Source of the DNA: a virus
Direction: 5' to 3' (one strand)
Length of the DNA: 64,000 bases
Virus record (IMG/VR): IMGVR_UViG_3300032326_002451
Span: 46,316-110,315 of that record
Shown piece after piece: positions 36,701 to 45,257 of this stretch (position 1 is the stretch's first letter; every line of letters begins with the position of its first letter). Under the pieces are notes generated by a model. It made no database searches. It was not told the DNA's origin and saw only the letters and a program-made list of their open reading frames with translations. The position numbers were made by a program, and so were the translations under genes.

Positions 36701-39577
36701 TAAAGATGGGAAGTTAAACAAATTGTTATAGTCAATACTCAATACAACATCTGACCCAGAGGTAAAATATTCTTGTCCTAAATCGTATTGATTATCATCA
36801 TTTGGAGTTATTGCTGTAGAACCTAATGCTGATATGTTGTTAGCGTAACCTACAACACCTTTCATGTATATGACAGAGCTTCCGAATGAAGAGCCACCAA
36901 TCATATACCCGCTATCAACTAAAACTTTTGTTGGTCTTTCATACGGAGAACTTGTGATTTTTTGGTTTGTTCCAGCTAAATATTCTGTTGAAACATCAAA
37001 GTCAGTATGCTTAACAAAGTAAACACTTCCTCCAACTCCGGTCAATGTTGCTCTGTAAATACCATTGTATGAAGATGCACAAGAGTTGCCTGTTCCGATG
37101 TAAAATAGAACGTCTTCATTGTTAGAAATTAAGGTGTTATTTGAAATTTTAGTGGAAATTGCTGTTCCTGAACTGATTGGCAGTCCAGCAATTGTAGAGC
37201 TTTTGTATACAGCCTTAACTTTGTAGTTTTGATAGTCTTGAGTGTGCCAGCTAAAGTCAATTTCTTGTAAGAACGCACTACTAAGATTATCAGTTGCAAA
37301 AAAACTATTAATGTTTTCTTTGCTTGGGTAATTTATTTCAGGAACATATATGTTTGCAAATTTTGAATTGGCATAAGTTGTAGATCCATAAGCAGAAGTG
37401 TTTCTTGCGTATAGTACTCCTCCAATTTCATTTCTCATGTTTGGGGTAACTGTGAAAATATCTGTATTTGTGGATGTAATGTTTCTTAAGATATCTGCAG
37501 ACCAAGTTACAAGAGAATCAGAGTAATTGAAAACAGCCTTTTGTGGTGATGATAAAGTTGCATCATATAGGCCATTTATTTTTTTGTTAGAAGTATTAAC
37601 AAGAACTTTATCAGATGTATTTACACCTACTGAAAAATCATCCGGCGATATATAGACACTATTAAATTTATCTACCACAGTTGAAGAATCAACAGTTATT
37701 GTCGGTGCACTTGTTATATTGACAAATTCTACATCTGCAGTACCAGCTGATACATTATCTTCGTTTGAGTATAAGAAATAAGTAGCTCCAGTACCAGATG
37801 AGTTTGCAATTGAGCCATTTACAATCGAATAAAGAGAATAAAAACTCAATGCTTTAGTAGAACCTAATGCGCTACTACCAACAACATAAATACCATTTTG
37901 TGATTGTGTAGTGGTTTGATTGCTTACTAAAACTCTTTGAGAAATTGCTATACCACTATTTGCAAATTTAGAAGAATTTACGCTATTAAAATTGTTTATC
38001 TCTGAAATAGTGATGTTTGAAACTGGTTCGTAAAAATAATGTGTGAATCTATTATCAACAGAGATACCATCTAAATTTAGCACAAAATTAGCATTGTAAG
38101 TTGTTTCTCTGTTCATATAAAAATAAGAACTACCGATAGAGCTTAGGCTATTTTTAGCACTTACAATATAGGGTGTTATTTCAGCAGCTGTATCAAAATT
38201 TGCGTGTCTTTTCCAAACAGATGTATTTCCAAGCCCAACACTGAAAATATTATATACACCACTGTACGCACTATTATAATGCTTGACTAATATTTTTTCA
38301 TTTGCTACAGTTAGTGTAGTAACACCAGTTCCAGAAACAATGTGTGAAGGTGCGCTTGTAAAAGTACCAGCATTACTTCCAAAATCAAAAGTAAATGCAA
38401 TGGCACTTGTGTTTGGTATTTCGTAGTACCAATCTGCAGCATATGAGCTGTAATAATGAGTAGCATCAACCCAGTCAGAAGCTAAAGTAGTAGCAATTCC
38501 AGGCGTTGAATCTGGAATAATTACTCCACTTTCTCCTCCACCACCCTCTTCATAAGCTGTCATTGCTGTAAAGTCTGAAGTAAGATAATGGCGGTAATAT
38601 TTACCACCAAAAGTGGTCCCAGTCATGACTTGAACACTTACTGGAATTTGTTTTGTAATATTATAAACTGCAAAATCCCAGAAATTATCAATAGGGTCTG
38701 TACTTGTTCTTGTATCAACTATTGTATTTTTATTAGAAGCATATAAACTTGAAAGATAATATATGCCATTTTGAGATTTAGTAGTTTGATTTTTGACTAA
38801 AATTCTGTCATTTACTTCAAGTTCTACATTGTCAATAAAATTAGTTTGTGATGATAGTCCAGCTCCAGAAGATTGAAGATTTTCAGTCGTAGCAGCAACA
38901 ACACTATTAAGTTGATAAATATTTGCCCTACTTACCCACTTTATAGAAGTAGTTCCAGCTCCCACAAATTGAAATGGACTATAACCTGATAAATAAGAAA
39001 AATACGATGAAGCTCCAACACCAACAATTTTTCCAGCTGTGTAAATGTCTTCTCCAAGATGATATGAAAAACCTGAGCTTCCTGTTCCAGTTTTCTGAGC
39101 TAATATTTTATATAAACCATTCTCATTTTTTGTTGTTTGAGACTTAACTAAAATATTATTTCCTGAAGATATTTTGTATCCATCTATATACAAAGGAGCA
39201 ACTAATCTTTGTATGCCTCCCAAAGTTTCAAAAGACAAATTTAGATTAGTTGCTACATATGCGTTTGGCAATTGTTCGATATTGAACGTATCGAGAGGTG
39301 TGATTCTAAATTCAAATCCTAAATCTTCTGTTATAGAGACTGCATCAGAAGATTTTATGACTGGAAATTCACTTCCACCTGTGTAAATATCTGCAAATGA
39401 ATTATCTAACCAAATCTTTATATCTTCTACACTTGAGTTGATCCACTTAAGTTTAAAGATCCTTTTGCTCCATGAATTAGCCGTAGCTGTACCCATACCA
39501 GCAAAAGGAATCTCTTTATTTACTTCACTTTGTAAATCTGTAGTGCTTATTTCTGACCAAATCAGTGCGTGAGACAT
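33719..39577 (-). CDS. 1,952-aa virion structural/fibre protein with ~10-12 copies of the 'ILVKNQ...QNGIY' module
   Basis: e.g. NDRILVKNQTTKSQNGIY, NDIILVKDQTNKKQNGIY, GHRILVKNQDSNKSQNGVY...WARAEDLN. Confidence 0.75.
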   Translation of the reverse strand: MSHALIWSEISTTDLQSEVNKEIPFAGMGTATANSWSKRIFKLKWINSSVEDIKIWLDNSFADIYTGGSEFPVIKSSDAVSITEDLGFEFRITPLDTFNIEQLPNAYVATNLNLSFETLGGIQRLVAPLYIDGYKISSGNNILVKSQTTKNENGLYKILAQKTGTGSSGFSYHLGEDIYTAGKIVGVGASSYFSYLSGYSPFQFVGAGTTSIKWVSRANIYQLNSVVAATTENLQSSGAGLSSQTNFIDNVELEVNDRILVKNQTTKSQNGIYYLSSLYASNKNTIVDTRTSTDPIDNFWDFAVYNITKQIPVSVQVMTGTTFGGKYYRHYLTSDFTAMTAYEEGGGGESGVIIPDSTPGIATTLASDWVDATHYYSSYAADWYYEIPNTSAIAFTFDFGSNAGTFTSAPSHIVSGTGVTTLTVANEKILVKHYNSAYSGVYNIFSVGLGNTSVWKRHANFDTAAEITPYIVSAKNSLSSIGSSYFYMNRETTYNANFVLNLDGISVDNRFTHYFYEPVSNITISEINNFNSVNSSKFANSGIAISQRVLVSNQTTTQSQNGIYVVGSSALGSTKALSFYSLYSIVNGSIANSSGTGATYFLYSNEDNVSAGTADVEFVNITSAPTITVDSSTVVDKFNSVYISPDDFSVGVNTSDKVLVNTSNKKINGLYDATLSSPQKAVFNYSDSLVTWSADILRNITSTNTDIFTVTPNMRNEIGGVLYARNTSAYGSTTYANSKFANIYVPEINYPSKENINSFFATDNLSSAFLQEIDFSWHTQDYQNYKVKAVYKSSTIAGLPISSGTAISTKISNNTLISNNEDVLFYIGTGNSCASSYNGIYRATLTGVGGSVYFVKHTDFDVSTEYLAGTNQKITSSPYERPTKVLVDSGYMIGGSSFGSSVIYMKGVVGYANNISALGSTAITPNDDNQYDLGQEYFTSGSDVVLSIDYNNLFNFPSLAPIQHFIAGDLTNKDTVDGDMLTVNRGRQLYTILDDPSVIYYYEIGDRAIYQDSNEDVWNNGLPNQVNGIYQIVHINPNTWTYYLRRVKQRVANGHIDHYKRLVIAPGDTIFDPAIHVVKAGTSDTYCWNEYNYPSLDVFVIDAQGNQTNFYNKVDYDVYPQFGYISPYSGFATSSTDTLYVYLYSDFDTPRYNEQSKSLLNRFYTVEQVLDNKYFINSGSAITLNKYTPDNIYFQISNATGLGTTTEAKYNTDRNHWYKAYDNSKSYKIDIDRIIEVSNVNEYFYTSRQSSDGYYKKVGSAFTASYFESNIYMPGTGETLGLFTGTVYLEKAISSGSGFTIDKWFQSLNLQANQNILLLNNNDSGLATTIQTSYYDDKNNLIQHNKSGKRDQKIYKFANLGYTPVTLSYNTNFTNPLTPLNVLYGAAKFFLHYNPNNTSRVNGDKSWYSYESVSVFSCNTSTGVAITDFSDFGGIINSYAPAINDIILVKDQTNKKQNGIYSVYSNPVYKLSRSGDFSSSSDLKSLGRVVYGNTTYELILPSAFYSIGSTSGNTAINWIKSGYGQTIDVKAVSSSVYSGLALTTAYPDATDGVTLAANDKVLLLSQAASNERYVGRFTQNIAPIYSRVLASGSTNTAGFSITSCYVTDLNSNKDYELYFDPSSTTLGSSDIDWFEQDKINNYTSCTKIIGSNTSLVSSFSDPSITLGQTILLLGQTNNTQNGIYKADSNISFYLTRHENLDESSEISIGKKCNVTSGLASTGYYALVYDETATPTIGSSSIYWAKVNLSNKLADCNCATTSSNVNINLSSPPSTIDGVILEKGHRILVKNQDSNKSQNGVYVVTGTGAEYAWARAEDLNADSELNPQLTVKVVNGTVNQDTVYRIKLGLPRTITYAQLTEYIIGTDSIEWVSVDKDGLFNSNPSTWQLLGADNSNAFYLGSAKIDKYSTANSNRFAIAVKIPTSDSLSNSNITSNGKVRNIKFKVEYKTVED

Positions 39578-39595
39578 TTGTAATCCATCTGAAAT

Positions 39596-40963
39596 TTATT
39601 TTCTTTGAGCTTCAGGACGATTGAAAATATCACTTGCTACTGCTGCAAGCTCTGATCTTTCTACCTTAGTTAAGGTGACAGAAGCAACAAGCGCATTTTT
39701 CTTTCCGCCAGAGATTGCATGAGCTAATCCATTAGACTTTGCATCTAAATAAGGATTTTCTACCTGAGAAAGATCGCCAAGTAAAATTACTTTGGAATCT
39801 TTGCCACAACGCTCAATTACCATTCTTGCTTCTCTTGCTGTGATATTTTCAGCTTCATCAAGTATTATTATGGATCGAGGAATAGATCTACCTTGAATAA
39901 AAGCCATTGCTTCAACTTCAATTATTCCATCACGGCACATTTCTTCAAATCTATTGTTAGCAGATAAAGATTTAGAGCCAAGAATTTGATCAATATTATC
40001 TTTGATTGGACCTAACCATGCAGCAATCTTCTCAAATTTATCGCCAGGAAGTGCGCCAATATCTTTTCCGCCCACAGGAATCAATGGTTTCATGACAACA
40101 ATCTTGTCGTATAAGTCTTCATTGATCATTTGTAGTGCAGCAGCAAGTGCTAAAAATGATTTTCCAGTTCCAGCTTTTCCTGCTAACGTAACCAAAGGAA
40201 TAGACAAGTCAGTAAGAACCTCAAGCGCACATTTTTGCTCTAAGTTCTTTCCTTGGATGCCTGAATAACCTTTAGCTTCTTTAGCATTTGATTTTTCTTT
40301 GAGTACTTTCAATACACCATTTTTATGATAAGTTGGGCATTTAGCATCACCAAACTCAAAAATAACAAACTCATTTGGATTTAAGTCTTTAGTTTTAGCT
40401 TGTAAATCTTGAGATAAAGATTCAATTAATACTTCATTAGTTGCCCATAGAGTAGTCCAGTCTGATTGAATTTCACATGGAACAAATCTTACTCCAGTAT
40501 ACTCTCTGTCTTCTAATTGATCTGCTTTATAGTTTTCAGCAACACATCCCCAGGTAATTGCACGAATTCTTAAGCCTGTATCTTTTGTGATAATAGCTAC
40601 TTTTTTTCTTGGATTAGCAGCTTTCAATGCCAAACAACATTCAATAATTGCATTATCTGAATGTACTTTTATAATATTAGGTCTTTCATTTTTCTGCAAA
40701 GGAGATTCGGTGTTATATACAAACAATCTGCCATTTTGTTCGTTTATTTTTACGCCTTTTAAAAGATCTGTAAGTGTGTAGTTTTCTAAATTTCTGAAAA
40801 CTTCTCGAGCGCTCCATCCTACGCTTTCTTTTCTGGTTTTAATGTCATCTAAATCGTCAATCACAGCAAGTGGAACGTAGATGTCATTTTCACCAAATTT
40901 ATAGAGAGCAAGGGGATCATGTAGTAGAACGCAAGTGTCAATGATGTAAATATGCTTTGCCAA
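39596..40963 (-). CDS. phoH: PIN-domain + PhoH ATPase fusion (PhoH2/YlaK type)
   Basis: PIN: IIDTCVLLHD, DDLD, SDNAII, TKD; PhoH: GKAGTGKS, FIQGRSI, LDEAEN, GDLSQ, ERSELA; GAGGAG SD before TTG. Confidence 0.9.
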   Translation of the reverse strand: MAKHIYIIDTCVLLHDPLALYKFGENDIYVPLAVIDDLDDIKTRKESVGWSAREVFRNLENYTLTDLLKGVKINEQNGRLFVYNTESPLQKNERPNIIKVHSDNAIIECCLALKAANPRKKVAIITKDTGLRIRAITWGCVAENYKADQLEDREYTGVRFVPCEIQSDWTTLWATNEVLIESLSQDLQAKTKDLNPNEFVIFEFGDAKCPTYHKNGVLKVLKEKSNAKEAKGYSGIQGKNLEQKCALEVLTDLSIPLVTLAGKAGTGKSFLALAAALQMINEDLYDKIVVMKPLIPVGGKDIGALPGDKFEKIAAWLGPIKDNIDQILGSKSLSANNRFEEMCRDGIIEVEAMAFIQGRSIPRSIIILDEAENITAREARMVIERCGKDSKVILLGDLSQVENPYLDAKSNGLAHAISGGKKNALVASVTLTKVERSELAAVASDIFNRPEAQRK

Positions 40964-41005
40964 ATTTTTGGTCTCCTCGCATGGTAATAGATCTTATGAT
41001 CATAG

Positions 41006-41039
41006 TGTAAATTTCTTTTCAACAAACCAGCAGTCCTGT
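41006..41039 (-). promoter_or_regulatory. Candidate phage late promoter ACAGGA-N19-AAATTTACA
   Basis: Motif match upstream of phoH and the 1,952-aa structural gene. Confidence 0.5.
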
Positions 41040-42026
41040 TTACAAAGGTAATACAGGCTTATCTTCTTCATCCAAATTGTCTTTTTCTTCATCCTGTATT
41101 TTGCTTATAAAGTCTGCCGCATTTTCATTTTCTACTATTTCAAAAGATCTCATGTTTAAAATGTTAGAAAGTTGCTGTTTGTCAAAATTTCTAAGCTGTT
41201 TTGTGTCAAGCCATTTAGTTTCTACAGTTTTTGTTTGTGCTTTCAATGATCCATCTCTAAACTTTCCTAAATCATTGAATAGATTATTTTCGATATACTT
41301 GATTGCTGTGTCTAAATCAGTTGTTTCAAGTAAATCAAAATCATTATAGGAAACTGCTCCGATTGAACCCTGACTCAAAGCATTTCCATTTGGGTCTAAT
41401 ATTTTTTCTTCAGTTCGAATAAATGATAAGCTTGTTTTTGGAATACACAAATATATCTTGAATGGCAAAGAATATTCTATTTGATCAGATGAAGTTAATC
41501 TCAAAACTTCATCTTCATCATTTACAATTGATAAAACCAATTTGTTTTTATCATCAATGACCCAATCCCATTCATAATTGTGTTCTTCGGTTTTTGGTAT
41601 AAAAGCTGGCACTAACTTTAATTTTTCTTTATTTTCGCATATACTTAGAAACAATTGAAAGCCAATTGTATCTTCGGGTGTGCCTTTTCTAAATGTCCCA
41701 ATTTTATTCCAATCAATTGCAAAGTCACTCGTTACATTTGTGATTTCAAATTCATCAAAATGACCCTGATCAAAAATTCTTCTCAATAAAGGATCTTCTA
41801 AAATTCTTCTGGCTCTGACTAAATCTAAAAATAGTTCTTTAGAGCCTCCAAAGTCAGGGTGAGCTTTCCTTGCTTGTTTTCGGAATGATTTTTCAATAAT
41901 TTGTGAAATTTCTATTTTATTTTGTCGAGTTTTACTATCAGGTAGGTTTTCTTTTGAGATTCCTAAAATAGAATAATAATCCTTACTGAAATCTATGATG
42001 TTTTTTGGATCAAATTCTTTGGACAT
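41040..42026 (-). CDS. J-domain (class C) protein with unknown C-terminal domain
   Basis: DYYSILGI...FRKQARKAHPDFGG...ARRILEDP; start MSKEF at 42026 preceded by TATAAA-N6. Confidence 0.8.
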   Translation of the reverse strand: MSKEFDPKNIIDFSKDYYSILGISKENLPDSKTRQNKIEISQIIEKSFRKQARKAHPDFGGSKELFLDLVRARRILEDPLLRRIFDQGHFDEFEITNVTSDFAIDWNKIGTFRKGTPEDTIGFQLFLSICENKEKLKLVPAFIPKTEEHNYEWDWVIDDKNKLVLSIVNDEDEVLRLTSSDQIEYSLPFKIYLCIPKTSLSFIRTEEKILDPNGNALSQGSIGAVSYNDFDLLETTDLDTAIKYIENNLFNDLGKFRDGSLKAQTKTVETKWLDTKQLRNFDKQQLSNILNMRSFEIVENENAADFISKIQDEEKDNLDEEDKPVLPL

Positions 42027-42062
42027 ATTTTTTTTATAAAAGATTAATGAGAGAATCAAGAT

Positions 42063-42953
42063 ATGAATTTCCGCAAATTGGCTGAATTAGCAAAACTACA
42101 TGACGAAAAGCAAGATTATAAAATTGCTGATATGTTCACAAAAGTACTTAATAAATTTGCCCAAGAACAAACTCCTTTTGACATTACAGAAGGAGAAGAG
42201 TCAAATGACCCTAAAACTGTTTTAGATTATTTCACTGGTTTTGCTTTTGACATGATTTCAAGAAAACCAAGTATTAGCAAAGATCAAGTAAAAGCAGAAT
42301 TAGATAAAAAGATTGGCGAAAAATTAGAAAATCTGAGCAATGATGACAAAGCTAAATTATCAAACATCAAAGAAGATGTCGTTAATGAACTTGAAAAAAA
42401 TTCTTGGTACACGAAGTTATCTGATGTAAACGAAGATTATGGTCAAGCTATCGAGATTACAGGTGGACCTAAAGAGTTTTTAGAAAAACTTGGCCCAGCA
42501 GCACAGCAAGCATCTCAGAATGTTGATAATAATGTACCTGCTTCTATTATTCTTGCAATGGCTGCTTGGGAATCTGGTTGGGGTAAAAGCAAGTTGGCAT
42601 CTGAGCATGGCAATTTCTTTGGTATTAAACAAAGTCCTACATCTGGAGCATCTTCTGGAGTATCAATGGGTACTTTTGAATTTAATGGAGGCAAACATAG
42701 AGAAATTGCAGAGTTCGCAAAGTTTGAAAATGATGCTGTAGCTTCTATGTCAGCTCTTCCAAATTTCTTTACCAACAATAGAAGATACACAGATGTCTTA
42801 AGAAGAGGTGAGATGTACAAAAATGACAAATCCACTTCTAATCTATTTTCTGTTGTTGATGCAATATTTAATGCTGGATATTCTACTGATCCTGGCGAAC
42901 CTGAAAATATAAAGAAATTAATTGTTAGATATAATCTTGGTAAATACGACTAA
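42063..42953 (+). CDS. GH73 (FlgJ-like) glucosaminidase/muramidase with N-terminal leader motif
   Basis: PASIILAMAAWESGWGKS.LA...NFFGIK ... AGYSTDP; N-terminus LAELAKLHDEKQDYKIADMFTKVLNKFAQ. Confidence 0.85.
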   Translation: MNFRKLAELAKLHDEKQDYKIADMFTKVLNKFAQEQTPFDITEGEESNDPKTVLDYFTGFAFDMISRKPSISKDQVKAELDKKIGEKLENLSNDDKAKLSNIKEDVVNELEKNSWYTKLSDVNEDYGQAIEITGGPKEFLEKLGPAAQQASQNVDNNVPASIILAMAAWESGWGKSKLASEHGNFFGIKQSPTSGASSGVSMGTFEFNGGKHREIAEFAKFENDAVASMSALPNFFTNNRRYTDVLRRGEMYKNDKSTSNLFSVVDAIFNAGYSTDPGEPENIKKLIVRYNLGKYD

Positions 42954-43474
42954 TGTGGTACAAAACTGCAAAACAAAAAGTTAACACTTTTGGTTTACCA
43001 ATATCAGGAAAAAACAGATTTAAGTTGTTTGCTGATGAAGAAGAAGCGCCTCAAGAAGATTTGCCATTGGAAGACGATAATGTTGAAGAGGAAGTGGATG
43101 AGCAAGGTATTGTAATTCCACCTATTGATCCAAAACCAGAAGAAGAAGTTACAATAGATGATCCAAATAATGATGGAGAATTCACACCAGAAGATTTACA
43201 AACCAATATAAGAGCCATGGAAGAAGATCCAACTATTGGTATCAAATTGCCTAAATCTGAAAATGGCGAAGGCGAAGATTTGCATCCAAATTGTCACTGT
43301 AGAATCATCACATTGCCAATATTATCAAAAGTTGGTGTCCAAGAAGGTAGAAGAGTTTGGAAGCATTCTGAAAATTGTTGCGATAAATGTAGATTGACAG
43401 CTCAACAATTCAATCAAGCAGAAATTCAAAGATTATTGAACAAAGGTATTGATGTAAATGGTGTAGCCGCTTAG
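42953..43474 (+). CDS. Acidic protein with HPNCHC and CCxxC metal-binding motifs (gpF/gp7-like fragment)
   Basis: MWYKTA leader; LHPNCHCRI; WKHSENCCDKC. Confidence 0.65.
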   Translation: MWYKTAKQKVNTFGLPISGKNRFKLFADEEEAPQEDLPLEDDNVEEEVDEQGIVIPPIDPKPEEEVTIDDPNNDGEFTPEDLQTNIRAMEEDPTIGIKLPKSENGEGEDLHPNCHCRIITLPILSKVGVQEGRRVWKHSENCCDKCRLTAQQFNQAEIQRLLNKGIDVNGVAA

Positions 43475-44008
43475 GTCTATATCAATCTTTTTTCTTAAGA
43501 TTTTCTTTGATGGCATCTTTACATTTCTGAGCTGAGACACTAATCTTTTTTTCATATAGTAAGACAAATCAGATCTATTTATTTCTCTGATCAATATCGT
43601 TTTCAATTGCGATATTTCAAAATCAGTGTGAAGATAACTATAAAATATTTCGTTTTCCAACTTGTCTAATTGTTTTTCATAAATAGAAAATTCTTTCATT
43701 GACAAATTGTAAAAAGTATTAATCAAGTAATATCTTATAGCATTATATTTTTTGACATTTAATGTTGATATGTCAGACATTTCTTTCAAATCAAAAAGAA
43801 AATCTATATTTCCCTTAATTTGAAATAATTCTCCATTTACTTTTATCAAGTACAACGCAACAATAGCTTCATTTTCAATAATTGAAATGATTGGTTGACC
43901 AGATATCAGATTTGTTTCTTCAAGAGTCTGAATATTATTAGGATTTTTGATGCCTAACATGTGAATATCTTGTTTGTTTTGTCTAACAAAAGTCAAAAAT
44001 GCTTTCAT
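43433..44008 (-). CDS. Hypothetical protein
   Basis: 191-aa ORF, ATGA-coupled to upstream gene. Confidence 0.55.
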   Translation of the reverse strand: MKAFLTFVRQNKQDIHMLGIKNPNNIQTLEETNLISGQPIISIIENEAIVALYLIKVNGELFQIKGNIDFLFDLKEMSDISTLNVKKYNAIRYYLINTFYNLSMKEFSIYEKQLDKLENEIFYSYLHTDFEISQLKTILIREINRSDLSYYMKKRLVSQLRNVKMPSKKILRKKIDIDLSGYTIYINTFVQ

Positions 44009-44610
44009 AATACAATATTTTCAATTATGGATTTATCTTCTGAGTAATTTGTAGAATCGCCCCATAAATTGATCCAGTAGTCTTTGAGTTTATTTTTCTT
44101 TGACATTGAAGAGCAAGTATCATATATTGTTGTTTTTATTTCAGTAAGAGCAAGTAATTTTTTATGACTTGCATTACGTTCTTCATAAATCTTAAGTAAT
44201 TCTTTATTTATATGATTTTTGTTCTTAATCATGAACTCAAAAATGATATCTTGTTCAAAAGGGTTGGCTCTGATTTTATCAATAAGAAAAACATAATCAT
44301 TATGAAATGAATATAATTCTTCGTCAATCATATCAATCAATATTAGTCTTTTATTTTTGGGCATTATATAAATTTGAATAGGTGATACTTTTACTTTTCT
44401 TATATTGGTAGTGTTTAAATGTTTGAAAAAAGATATATTTTTTGAATGAAGATATGAAAAAACACTTGGGATTTCTTCTAAATTTTTGAAATAAACCCAA
44501 GGATATTCTTCTTGATCAGCCAAAAAAGCTCTCAAACTTATAAGTATTTCAACTTTGTCGTTTTGAGAGCTTTCAGTGATAATTTTTTTTAGGTCTGCTA
44601 CATTATTCAC
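44005..44610 (-). CDS. Hypothetical protein
   Basis: 201-aa ORF, GTG start. Confidence 0.55.
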   Translation of the reverse strand: MNNVADLKKIITESSQNDKVEILISLRAFLADQEEYPWVYFKNLEEIPSVFSYLHSKNISFFKHLNTTNIRKVKVSPIQIYIMPKNKRLILIDMIDEELYSFHNDYVFLIDKIRANPFEQDIIFEFMIKNKNHINKELLKIYEERNASHKKLLALTEIKTTIYDTCSSMSKKNKLKDYWINLWGDSTNYSEDKSIIENIVL

Positions 44611-44643
44611 AACGATAACTCTTAATTAAGTAAAATAGACGAA

Positions 44644-44931
44644 TTATCGTTTTTGATAGTTTTTTCCAAAAAGTTCATACACATTCTCTGAAACAATTTC
44701 TTGAAGTGTATCTTTTTTGGTATAGAGTCTTATGTTTGCAATTCCACCATATTTTTCTTCCATATGGTCTAAAACTCTTTTCACTTTTCTGTTTATTTCT
44801 AACTGAGAAGGATTGTAATTTCTTTGTTTTCTTAAAAGTCCTCTGACAGCAAATTCCGCATCCATTGCAAGTACTTTAAGTTCGTACAATGGTCTTTGTT
44901 TGTTTTCTTCTACAGCTATTCTATACCACAT
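44644..44931 (-). CDS. Small basic protein with MWYRIA leader
   Basis: N-terminus MWYRIAVE parallels MWYKTAKQ of 42953. Confidence 0.65.
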   Translation of the reverse strand: MWYRIAVEENKQRPLYELKVLAMDAEFAVRGLLRKQRNYNPSQLEINRKVKRVLDHMEEKYGGIANIRLYTKKDTLQEIVSENVYELFGKNYQKR

Positions 44932-44935
44932 ATTA

Positions 44936-45166
44936 TTAGTCTATTTTAAAATTTGTAACCAACGCTTCATTAATAACAAAAGCAACATTTTGACTTGGCA
45001 CGTTGAATAAACAACTTGTCATTTTTTCATCTTTGTAGATGATGTGAAAATCTTTATTTACTATTAACACTCCCTCTATAGTGCTAATCGAAACAGCAGG
45101 ATTGTAAGTTTGAATTTTCCACTTTCCAATTCCTCTGTTTTGAGAATTATTATCAATAACAGCCAT
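44936..45166 (-). CDS. Hypothetical protein
   Basis: AAGGGG SD; 76 aa. Confidence 0.6.
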   Translation of the reverse strand: MAVIDNNSQNRGIGKWKIQTYNPAVSISTIEGVLIVNKDFHIIYKDEKMTSCLFNVPSQNVAFVINEALVTNFKID

Positions 45167-45186
45167 TTTTAAGTCCCCTTTAGTAA

Positions 45187-45220
45187 TTGTAATTTATTGC
45201 AAAATATCCTAATTACCTTT
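45187..45220 (-). promoter_or_regulatory. Candidate phage late promoter AAAGGT-N19-AAATTACAA
   Basis: Motif match. Confidence 0.45.
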
Positions 45221-45257
45221 ATCTATATCCTTATTCTTATCCTGTATAAGTAATTTC

